A stretch of 64,000 nucleotides of DNA. Source: Octopus vulgaris (lineage: Eukaryota). A program made the translations under genes and the position numbers. This document shows positions 39,501 through 52,862 of the stretch, piece by piece. The stretch lies in assembly GCA_951406725.2 (NCBI GenBank), contig OX597823.1:6510001-6574000 (forward strand), given 5' to 3'. Every line of letters starts with the position of its first letter. Within the stretch, counting starts at the first letter, position 1. The notes beneath the pieces are model-generated. The model was given only the letters and a program-made list of their open reading frames with translations. It was not told the origin of the DNA and made no database searches.

Positions 39501-41871
39501 TTTCACGTTTCCAATCCCATGCAGTGCAGCATGGTCCAATAGCATGTCTGCTTTCTATGTCATCCATATCTGAACTATACAATGCAAAATGTTCATACGA
39601 GAAAATAAACTGTTGTGACTTACAGTCATTCGAGTTTGACTGCGTGACCATTTCCGGAAGCTACGCTTGTCACCTACAATTAATCCACCTTGTGTCCCCC
39701 ACCCTCGTTTAGTTGGACGAGTAAATACAGAATTAATTATGAACTGAATGAAATCAGACACATTTTTAAAACTCTCCTTTATTTATGTTTATTATGTTTA
39801 AAAAGTGTACAAATTTTGAATTTTGTTTATAATTTTTATAATTTTGTTTCCATTCCTGTTGGACCCCACAATTCTCAATTTGGCGGCAATCTTTTTCTTT
39901 ACCTCCATTTCCAAGATTGAGCAACATATTACGACATACATCTGGCTACATAACAGCAACAACAAAAATAACTTATCACAAAACTTACAAAAGATCTTTA
40001 TAGAAAAACAAACAACTTTCTTATTAACTCACACGTTTACACCTCAACAAAAATAAATTTTAGTTCCCCTCCCAAAAGACAATATTAAATCTAATTTATC
40101 CATTTTACCAACCATGTTAACCTTGATTTTATAAACTTTCAGTAATATTTTTAATACAGATAATTTACATCTAACCTTTCAAATGGAAATTAGAAATGGG
40201 ATCTGTTCTCCACCATTCTAATAAACAAAACAGCTCAGGTGAATGTAAAATGTATAGAAATCAATTAAGAGTTGCTATTTCATACTCACCAACTGTCGTT
40301 GTCACAGTCCGCACTTCCTTCGTTTCAACCTTTGCAGTCTCTGAAATATGTGTTTCCAAGTTTTATACTTTATAGCAACAATTTTTTTTATATCTGTTAA
40401 TAATCTATATTTTATCATTCTGAGACATTTGTAACATCAATGGTCAACCAGTGATCACTATGGTTTTGGTCAATATTCCATGTAATCGGCCAGTATTTAT
40501 GACTGACCTCCCTAAACATCCACTCTCTATCACGACATCCTACATAGTCTAACGATGTAGCAATTATCACATTTAATTATCACTCAACATCAGATTGACT
40601 GTTAGTTGTACTGTTTCTTTTCTTATAACTGTGCCAAATCTTTTACATGGCATCGTTCTCAAAGCTCTAGTATTTGCTAACAACCTGCCTAATCCCAATG
40701 TCAACCAAGTAATTCATCAAAGATCTAGACATAAGCACATGTGACACCACTTTCAGAAAGATAAACATAGACCTGATCTCTCTGTTAAAAGTTGCTCCTG
40801 ATAATCTTTAATTCTAACTGCCCACTCTACCAGAATGTCATCTTATCCAGGACATACTTGAAGGTTTCATGATCTGATGTGAACATAATAATCAAGTGAG
40901 AACCAAAACCAAGAGTTGAGAGACAAACAAAACTGTGCTTCAATTGGCTTTAATATCATCCAAAAACCAACATACCAACAAGGAGTTGTGTGTTAAAGTC
41001 TTTCAAATGGGGAACACAGTTTTACTCCCTTAAAATCTTCTGCTGAATTTAATACTTTACCAAAGATGACAACGATGCCCTTGTAAGTACACAATTTATG
41101 CTCCATTAGTTTTGTTGCAGACTACAACCCCGTTGAAGTATAATAAGTTTCTTACTTGGATAAAGACAATGTTTAGTGGATATCACTGAGAAGAGACACT
41201 AGGAACACCTTTTGAGATAAATCTGCCAGATTATACTGACCTGGGTCTACGCAACAACATGAAGTACATTATTCTACACAATAAAGTCAATGAGACAAGC
41301 AGGACAAACAGACAGATTATCAAAATATATTCTTACCAACTTCACTTTTGCTTGTTACAGGTTTCCGACACTTCAGACATCGTTGAAGTGGAACGATTGA
41401 ACATTGCTTACATATCAAAAGATGTTCGCATGGATGGTATTTTATGGTTGCTGTTCTATTTCTGCACCGCAAACATCTGTGCAACAAAGTACAAACATAT
41501 CAGGCCAAAATATTCATTTATAACAAATTTTACATTGTGTGCATGTTTACAGAAGAGAAACTTAGGACAAAATACAATGACAAGTAAGAGGACACCAAAA
41601 ATTCTTTATACAGTTACACAGCGGCAGCTTTGTGCGTAGCTATATGGCACAAACACACACACACACATGCAAACACACAAATTGATGAATACTTGTCTTG
41701 ACTCTGACACATCATAAGAAATGTCTGGTACACATTCACTACATGTATTCAAGAAATATATTTCTAACATCGAACTCATTTCTTCTGAACAAATATATCT
41801 ACACAGCTTTCTTTATATTCACATACATTATTATGTATATACATATATTAATATTAATAATAATAATAATG

Positions 41872-41913
<42 letters not shown>

Positions 41914-42150
41914 TTCTCTTTTACTCTTTTACTCGTTTCAGTCATTTTACTGTGGCCATGCTGGAGCACCGACTTTAGTTGGGAAAATCGCCCCAGGACT
42001 TATTCTTTGTAAGCCTAGTACTTATTCTATCGGGCTCTTTTGCCGAATCGCTAAATGACGGGGACGTTAACACACCAGCATCGGTTGTCAAGCGATGTCG
42101 GGCGACAAATACAGACACATACACACACACACACACACATACACACACAC

Positions 42151-42211
<61 letters not shown>

Positions 42212-42564
42212 TACATATATACGACCAGCTTCTTTCAGTTTCAGTCTACCAAATCCACTCACTAGGCTTCGGTCGGCCTGAGGCCATAGTAGAAGACACT
42301 TGCCCAAAGTGCCACACAGCTGGACTGAACCCGGAACCATATGGTTCATAAACCAGCTGCATACCACCACACAGTCACTCCTACGCCTATGATTGAATGA
42401 GACCTTAATATTATGTAAAATAGAAGACATTATCTATTAATATAATATGTGACAATTAGTTGGTTGTCATAATAAAACTTATAGTTTCGGATACCGGGGC
42501 TGAAGTCTGCTCCGGTATCCAAAACTCTGAGTTTTATTATGACAGCCAACTAATTGTCACATAT

Positions 42565-42619
<55 letters not shown>

Positions 42620-43513
42620 TATAAAACACGTAATTGCATTTAATCTGGTTAACAAGTATTCTAAGCTTAGACATTCGGTTATGAATTGTATGGATGGACG
42701 ACAGAACACAATCACCATGGCATCATGTACGGGAGAACATCATGTATGGTAGCAACACAAGTCACTATTCTAACATGGAACAATGCTCTGAGAATTGCAT
42801 ACAATGTATGTGTTTGTGTGTGTGTGTGTGTGTGAGTGTGTGTCTGTGTGAGTGTGCTAAAGCCGAAAACTCTTTCACGGTTAATGTGTTGAATACAGTG
42901 AATGCCATGTTTGGATGTGCCATCAAAGCCTTACTAACCTACTAACCTCCTGATGATCCCAGACCAATAAAAGTTATATAATGGTTCTATGGTTGAAGGA
43001 CTGTGGGAAATGGTCCAACTCCCAAATTGGATCATTCAGTGTCTGACGCATGTGACTTTACTGTGCCATTGCTATTGAAAAAAATCTGGCCGTTACAAAG
43101 GGAGATTTCAGAAAATCCGCTGATGCTTGTCAATTGAATAAAACAAAACAATATTTATACAGACCAAAATCAATATCTATAAACAATAACTGAATTTCTA
43201 CAGACAAAGAAAGCTAAGTATATTCTCTAAGGGGAAATGTGTCCGCTTCATTAGTAGCAAATACAGAAAAAGATGTATGGCAATGAAGTTGCGAAATCTT
43301 ACAAAATACGGGAGTCTAAGGGTCTAAGGAGACTAAAACACCTAGTAATGGAATATGTGTTACTTGAATTAATTCTTTCCTGCAGTTTTTTTTCTGTGAA
43401 GATATGTGGCAATGTTCCTCAGTGTTTGTAGAAATATGTACGTATGTATGTATGTATGTATGTATGTATGTATGTATGTATGTATGTATGTATGTATGAT
43501 GTATGTATGTATG

Positions 43514-43583
<70 letters not shown>

Positions 43584-46551
43584 GGGAGTATAACTCCAAA
43601 CTTACAGGGAAAATTTAGTATTAAATCAAATTTCACAATATAAATATATAAAATATGAATTATAGATTTACTTATTATATATTGATCATTCACTTTTATA
43701 TTGTTTGAGATCTAGTTATATGTTTTATAAAAAGTAAGTAAACAATATCAAAATGTATTCATTCACTTCATTATTTAGTTCTACATTTTCCTATTAGTCA
43801 CAACTCTTTAAAATTGGGAATGAAGAGAGGTTGACAGTGAGGCACGTCTGTTGATACAATGTGAATATAATCAAAATCGTGTTTTTTCTTTGATCACCTA
43901 ACAACTGAATATCATTTATTGTGTGGCCTTTGATCAAAACACTAGTGACATTATAATATATTGGCAGAAGTAAAACTAAATAAACATATAAACAGGATTA
44001 TTTAGGAAATAGAAAATATACTGGTTTATCTTGTCATTGCCAGGAAATACTTACACTGGGGGTAAAAATGATTGTAATTTTTCTCTCAAATTTGAATTCT
44101 TAATGAGGTCCAATGGTGTGTTATTCTTGTCATTTTTATAGTAAAAGTCGGCTCCCTGGCCGGCTAGATATCTAGCAACCACAATGCCAGAGAGCCTTTC
44201 TTCATTTCTCAGGTCCAGCTCATTGCAGTACTACAAATGAATAGATATAAAATGATAATAGTATTACACAAATATTCATAACAGATGTCCCCACAACAGT
44301 TCAAATAAATCTACTCAGATTTCGTTTTGGGATTTGGTTTGCAAGATTCTTTATGTGAGTTCGTGTGTTGATGCATATACTGCTGTCTTGGGAGAGTCAT
44401 TCTCTTTCAGTGCCTTATAATTTAGGAAAATAAAGAAGGCGGTAAGTGGAAATTTTACCGGTGAGTGTGTTAAATTATAAGACACTAAAAGAGAATAAAT
44501 CTCCCCAGACACAACAGTACTCATAGATTGTTTATCCAGTAAACAGTACTATTACATTATTCCATATCCTATCCCTTTTCTCGTTCAGTTTCCGTCTTTA
44601 GGCCCTATCGATTGTTTATGGTAATAATCTATTACTAAAAAGAAATCTTACAAACTATTAATTTGATTAGTGGATGAATAAGATATTTTGATTGTACGCC
44701 TTTTTGTCTAATATATTTACTCACTTGTTAAAAAAATCCAGGGACATATCTTATTCACCCACTAATCAAATTAATGGTTTTTAAGATCTCTTTTTAGCAA
44801 TAAATTATTACCATAAACAACGGATTGGGCCTTAAGACGGCAACTGAACGCGAAAAAGGATAGGACATGGAACAGTGTAATGGTAAATAGGTATAACTCC
44901 CGATTTCCCGCTATTAACAGTCAATTCATTTATTTTACTCAGATGTACATTCGTTTGTTAAAATGATATAGGGGCATTACTTATTCACCCACTAATACCA
45001 TGAATAGGTTCTAATACCTATTTTTAGCAATAAACTATTCCAATAAATGTTAACAAAATATTTAATAGCTTAATTATGCCTAACCGATTCTAAAATTTAT
45101 ATATTGACATAAGACTGGAGACAGGAATGAGAGTGGAACTAAAATGGGAACGGAAAAGGGAACTGGAAATAAACCCTGTTTTTCCGGTAGTACTGGGTAA
45201 TTCAGCTAGTATATATACATATTAGGGCGGTGAGCTGGCAGAATCATTAGCATGCCAGGCGAAATGCTTAGCGGTATTTCGTTTGCTGCTACGTTCTGAA
45301 TTCAAATTCCGCTGAGGTCGACTTTGCCTTTCATCCTTTCGGGGTCGATAAATTAAGTACCAGTCACACACTGAGGTTGATATAATCGACTTAGCCCGTT
45401 TGTCTGTCCTTGTTTGTCCTCTCTATGTTTAGCCCCTTGTGTGTAGTAAAGAAATAGAAATAGGTATTTCGTCTGCCGTTACGGTCTGAGTTCAAATTCC
45501 GCTGATGTCGACTTTGCCTTTCATCCTTTCGGGGTCGATTAGATAATTATCAGTTACATAATGGGGTCAATGTAATCGACTTAATCCCTTTGTACGTCCT
45601 TATTTGTCCTCTCTATGTTTAGCCCCCTGTGTGCAATAAAGAAGTAAGTATATATATATACATATTCACAAACAATTTTAAATCTTACCTCATTTAAAAT
45701 ATCCATCGTTATGCCCTCGGAATCAAACATATCATTTTTAACAGCAAGGTGCAAACAAGTGTTACCTTCACCATCAACAACATTTATGCTTGCACCTCGG
45801 TCTATTAATTTGTGCATCATTCCGAGGTGACCTTGGGAGACGGTTTCAAGCAAAGGAGTCATTTCCTTATGGTTCTTTTTATCCAGTTTCACTGAATCCT
45901 TTGTGGAGTTAAAAATAGAAAATGAAAAACTTACATGAAAATTAGGATGGATATCAATGTGTCATAAGTGTCTTATACTGAGTTCTTGATCAAACCGATC
46001 AGATACATTTCATGTTTGTCAGAGAAACCAAACTTCTATTACGACCCTCTATAAGTTGCTTTGTGTTAGAGGCATGGTAAATCTATTCAGATGTAATAAA
46101 TGGATTGTTTCCACTTAATCTACATTTATCCCTCACTAAAAGTAAGCTTTAGGGAAGTTGAACAAGAGTGAATGCATGATTAACAGATCAAGTCTAGGAA
46201 AGAAGAATTATAATTTCTAAGGTATACTTTTGATATCGTGAGGCATACTTGCCATCTCAATATGGCACACTTTCTGTGCCCGTATGGTATGTGAATACCA
46301 TAAGGGCACAGAAAGTGTGCCTAAAGCCAGCTGGAGACGATGTTCTCCTGGGGCTACAAGCTACAGTAACACCCACCATTAGTGGTTAGCTATATTGAGA
46401 TGGCAAGTATACCTCACATTGTCGTGCAGTTACTGTTTATACCTCGTTCAGAGATTTATTATTTTTTGATATCGCTATATAAATAAGGTGTTCATAAAAC
46501 TGCTGAGGCGGTTAGTGTCCACATCCATAAAATTAATGTAGCCTCACATAT

Positions 46552-46592
<41 letters not shown>

Positions 46593-46970
46593 CACAAAAA
46601 TTCTATAATTAAAAGTATAATTATAATTAGGGTTGTTCGGAAGCGCTGGCTTTTGGATATTGGTTATTCTATGTCACTTGGTCGAATACGTATTTAATTA
46701 TTAATTGTTTCAAATTTTTAATTGAGATACTACACTGAAGAAGGAAATAAGTGAGTAAATATAAATTTTACATCTCTTTAATTCTGAAACTCGTATGTGG
46801 TTAATCAAAGTCGGGTAGATTCGATATGTTTTCTCTTTACCTCCGTAAAATAAGAATATTGTTGTCTGGGAGACATCTTATGGTAAACGAATAGTATTTA
46901 ACTGCTATTTCTAAATTTCGGTATGTGGTGAAGGAATTTGCTGAATCCTAATTGTGATTATGCCTATAGT

Positions 46971-47040
<70 letters not shown>

Positions 47041-47097
47041 GGGAGTACATCTCCAAACTTATAGGGAAAAATTCAATTTAGTATTAAATCAAATTTC

Positions 47098-47163
<66 letters not shown>

Positions 47164-48687
47164 TAGAGAAAAACCACTATTATGCAATTCAAACAATGAT
47201 AGACATAAACCAAATCATAAATAAAAAATTAAATATATTTTAAAACATATAATTAGATCCCAAATAGTACAAAAATGAATAAACAATATATAATAAGTAA
47301 AAAGACTGCGTAGTTTCATGGCTATAATTTAAATTCGAATTACAATTAAATTTAAATTTATTCGAGAAACAATGTAATATATATTTGTTAACTCACCTGG
47401 GACAGCATCAAAGTCACCACATCATGGTGTCGCCTGAAAATTATGGAAAGAGTAAAGAAAAACATGAAAAATACAAACATCACAGAGATTGAGATAATTA
47501 GTAATTATTAGGTCATTAAAGAAAATAAAATGAATCGAGTCACCGTAACCTAATTAAGGCAGTTCTTACACACACATATTTGTCAATACACACGAGTCAC
47601 AGTAGAACAATAATATATATACACCTGAGTAAACACAGAAATATATATATGGTACAGTGAGCAGCTGTATAAACACGGAATTTAGGAGGGAAAGAAGGGC
47701 TATAGTTCATTATATGGACCCCAGTACATGACTGTTAATGTATTTTATTAACCTTGCAGAGATGGAGGGATAAGTTGAGGTCAGCAGGATTTGACCCCAG
47801 AACATAAAGATTCGTAAATAAATACCACAAAGTATTTTGTCCAACAGTAATAAGACACAAGAACCGGAGAAAAGAGGGAGGATAGTTTATTAAATGAACC
47901 CCTGGATATTACTGGTACTGATTATATTGACCCCAGAGTGGTAATAGATACTCTGGCAGGATTTGAACATGGAACATAAAATGAAAAATATAAATACTGC
48001 AAGAGGATTATTCTGTATTTAGCCCATGGTCAGAGGAAAGAGGGAAATTACTAGAGAGAAAGAGAGGGAAAAAGAAAGAGAATGCAGTTGTACATGGGAT
48101 GAAAGGAAGAAGAGGGAGGATTTGAACTTGTAACCTTGAGTTAATGGATGATGAGATAAAGTGAAGAAACTAGTGAAGTAACAACAACAACAGCAATTAT
48201 GGTGATGATTAATTAATGAAATAGATTAGTTATATTACAGTGTGAAAGAGGGTAGAAGAACAACAAGCCCAGGGTGGGATTATGACATGATTAACTCAAT
48301 GAAATAGAAACAGATTTGGATGTTCCAGATCTAAGGTGGACTTACTTTCGAACAGCCAGATGCAGAGGTGTGTCACCATCTTTGTCCATTGCATTGGCAT
48401 CGATGCCGTCGTGATTCAATAAGAGGCGAACTGTGTCTGTGTGTCCCTGGAAACAGGCAAAGTGAAGAGGTGTAGCACCAAAGGAGTTATCTCGTTGATT
48501 CACCTGGAAAAGAAAATAATGAAAACATTAAAAATGGTGCCTGAAGGGTGGGTGAGGGGAGAATCATTAAAAGAAAACTGCACAGAGAAAGAGAAGAAAA
48601 AGATTATTTAAACAAGTGGAATGATTGGGGTGGGGTTAATTAAATCAGCTTTATATTGTATTTATACACACGTGTATACACCCACAT

Positions 48688-48719
<32 letters not shown>

Positions 48720-49417
48720 GTTATAGTTTAAAACAAACAGTAAAAGGTCGTCGTTATAGTACTCGGAGTTTTGAATGATGGAGCGAAGAGCTACGATACA
48801 TTCTCCTCAGCTATTAATGGCAACAGATGCGATGAAAAAGAAAACCGTTAAATAAAAGAGAAGAAACTCTAATAGGTGGAAAAAGTAAAACGAAAAAAGA
48901 TAAAAAATACACGCAACCATATTCTCACAATACATAGACATAAACCTCCTGCGTTCACAATGTCTACATACATACACATTCACACAAACGTAACCTCAAA
49001 TCAGATGGGTTTGTTCGATTTTTAGTGCTCTCAAATTTAATTTAATGAAATCTTGTGCTGATGACAGGAATGTTAGAATAGGGATGTATTTCTAGCATCT
49101 CTATATCTAACTAACCCAGAAACGCGTTCACAAGTAATCTAATTTCGAATGAACTTTCGTTATTTTTCCCTCTATGCCTACGTGAATTGCTTTTGAGTAT
49201 ACATTGTTTGGGAGACTCTTCTTATAGTAGAGGAAATAGCTAAATTATTTGGCTGCTATTTCTAAAAGATCGGTATGTGGTAAAGCAATTTTTTTTTGCT
49301 GAACCCTAATTATATAAAGTAATGTTTAAATTTACCGTAAATGGTCATTTTACATACTAAATAATGCTTGGTAAAATCATTAATTACTAATTAATTAATT
49401 TTACCCTTATTATTATT

Positions 49418-49461
<44 letters not shown>

Positions 49462-50650
49462 TCATATATGTGCCCCGAAGATCAGGAGAGGAGTTTAGTA
49501 AATATTCTCCAGGGTTCACTTAGTTTCCTCATTATTTTTCAGAAACATTTTTATGAAAATTTCTAGAATACCCTTTTGGAGTAAAGTAGGATTATTTCGG
49601 AATTTAACATGAATAAAAAACAAACAAAAAAAACGAATGAAGCACAAACAAGCACACATCACATCTTACATTATATATACATGCACACACTTTATGGATA
49701 TAGAGGTACACACACACACACACGCGCACATATATATATATATATATATAGTCACTCACCTCAATGGCGGTCTCCCCCTTTGTTTGTAGTAACGCCGTGA
49801 CCACATCTTTCCATTCGTGTCCCCTCCCCGCAGCCAAATGGAGAGGAGTGAATCCATTGGTGTCCTTCCTCTCCACATCGCTGCCCCAGGATAATAATAT
49901 TGTCACAGCTTGAAGTTGATGCCTGAGAATAAAAGACAGAAACATCACAGACGTTGATATAACATTTACACTGAATTGCTTATTTTGAACACACAAAAAT
50001 TAAGCTTTCAAAAATATATATACAGATGCACATACAGTCTTTGTGAGTATGCATCTCTCTCTCTCTCTCTTTCTCTCTCTCTACATACATAAATACACGC
50101 ACACATACATACATGCATTGATACACACACACATGGACAAACACACACGACTATCATACAATAAAAACACCGAGATGTGTATACTGATAGGTGTAAATGC
50201 AATATTAAGTAAACAAATAGGTATGTGAATGTGTGTAGATATATTAATATGTGAATGTATAATGTATGTTTCTATATTTACTTCTAGACGTGTATACAAT
50301 TGGAAATAAACTGATTGTCGTAAGAATCTATAAACTTACTGTGTGTATATTATGTTAATACATTGAAAATAATTGTTTCATTTTTTAAATATTCCGGTTT
50401 TATTTACTTTCATGTCAACCGAATTCTATATATATCAGAATATATAGAAGCAATGCATCCTGGAAAATATATTTGGGAAGGCTGGAGTGTGTGAGAGAGT
50501 GAGAGACAGATCAAAGACAGATCGAAGACAGATCTGTCATCGATGTAGACAAAAGCAGCGGCAATAAAAGCTGCAATTCATTATCAGTGGCAGGAAAACT
50601 ACACCTGGAAACATAGCAACGAATAAAATACACAGATATATATATATATT

Positions 50651-50688
<38 letters not shown>

Positions 50689-50757
50689 TCAACATATATC
50701 TGTTATATGTGCATACATAGGAATAGAGGTAAATATACATGCATATATGTATACATA

Positions 50758-50814
<57 letters not shown>

Positions 50815-51125
50815 GTATGTATATATGCAATGGCCCAGTGTCTAGGGCAATGGACTTACTGTCATAGGATTGCGGTTTTGATTCCCAGACCGGGTGTTGT
50901 GAGTGTTTATTGAGCGCAAACACATAAAGCCCAACGAGGCCCCGGCAGGGGGTGGTGGTGATCCCTGCTGTACTCTTTCGTTACAACTTTCTCTCACTCT
51001 TTCTTCTGTTGGCCTGATCGCTTAGCCAGCAGGGTGGCGTCATATGAAGGCTAAAACAATGTGAAGCGCATTGTGACAAGCGATGTGGAAACATCTGATA
51101 GCCTGGTCGGTCACGTGATCATGTG

Positions 51126-51156
<31 letters not shown>

Positions 51157-52831
51157 TTAACGCTTGTAAAAAGCGTAAATCGGAAAGAAGAAGCACACAC
51201 TAAAATATTGAACAATGCATATTCAAAATGGGGAAGGCTGGTTTATGGGATTACCTAAGGTTTCCTATCCATTAAGGGTTTAGCTTTATGTCGTATTATC
51301 AGATCCGAAGACATGTTGGCTCAAGGCTTCATAATACTATGGAGGAAGAAATGTCTCACAATGGGGATTATCTCCTTTGGCCATTTGCTATCGACTTCCA
51401 GCTGCACTGCCATCTTTTGGGCTCCAAAAGGCTAGCAAGAATTTCCTGAAGTGTAAACATGGCCCGAGAAGCTCTGTTCTGGGGTTAAGGATGTACCCTG
51501 GTTTGAGGGAGTCCTTTAGGATTTTCTCCCATTCTGCTATGCATAATTTACATCGTTGTCTGCCGTTGATGTAAGGGCCTGGGTTTTCGAGAATTTTCCA
51601 TGAAATCAAGTATGGAATCTCATTGTCTCTCAGCTGCCATACTTGGCTGGCTAATGATGTCGCGTATCTCCTTCTCTGAAGGAAGTTCTTGGTTGGAGAG
51701 ACATCGCTTGAAAGGGGTTCCCGGAACGTCCGATGTTTCCCCGTGGGCAGGTTCTGTCGGTGATGTGTCTATATTTGCCGTCATCTTTGGTGTTGGGGCA
51801 GGGATTGCTGGTTTTGGCGTTCCAGGAGGTGGTGGTTGTGGTGGCGGTAGTAATGGTGTCACCACTGACGGGGATGGTGAAGATGCTGTTGTTGTTATTG
51901 TAGCCCTTGTCATTGGTGGGAGAAAAGGCATTAACGATGGCTCCCAAGCTGCTGCTTACATACACACACACACATACACACATAGATGCACAAATACATA
52001 TACACATACATACCTACATATATATATGCATACATACTCACGCATGCATAAATACACACACATACACACATGCTTACATACATACACACATATGCATACA
52101 TACACACACACATACATACATACACACGCATGCATCAATACACACGCATGCATCAATACACGCATGCATACATACATACACACACATACATACACAAGTG
52201 AGATAAAATCATTGAGAGAAAATTTACAGATTCTTGCTGCTATAAAAAGTGACAAAAGCTGAAACAGAATTTTCTTTGGAGGAAATTTATTTCATCCCTC
52301 CATAATCAATACTAACAGAGGATGCTGCATCACACTGGGTCAATCTTAAGAATTTTTGCCTTTCAAAGATTATCTCCAAATCAAAAAATATTTTGTTTCG
52401 ACAGCAAATCTCAGAAAACGTTTTTATGCTTGAATAATGCATAACGAATTGGATACATGGATAAAAATAAGAAGTTGTTGTTGGTTATTGTTGTCATGTT
52501 GTCATCCTGTTCCAATGCTACTACTATGGCATCTTTGGATATTTAACGTGTCTGAAATTGGAAGAAATCGAGAAACAAAAACAGATCTGGAGATTTTAGG
52601 TAATTCTGAACTTACCCAAACACAGCATGATACAAAGCTGTCCGACCCCTTGTGTCTCTCTTGTCCAAATCTGCTCCAGCATCTATTAACAAGTTTATTA
52701 AAACTATGTTGCCCTCTGCAGAAGCAGCCATCAGATAAGTTTTACCGTTTGAATCTCTTAGGTTAATCTGAAGTGAAGAAAGTAAAGGTTTTTGAAATAT
52801 ATCAAAGGAGAGAGAGAGGGATGGGGGGAGA

Positions 52832-52862
<31 letters not shown>

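Noticed and set aside
50500-50603. Possible extra minus-strand exon after a tttccag acceptor
   Set aside because: No ankyrin similarity; exons 2 and 3 already join in phase
51620-51931. Pro/Thr-rich minus-strand ORF inside intron 2
   Set aside because: Contiguous with the Penelope-like fragment, lacks splice sites; likely element-derived
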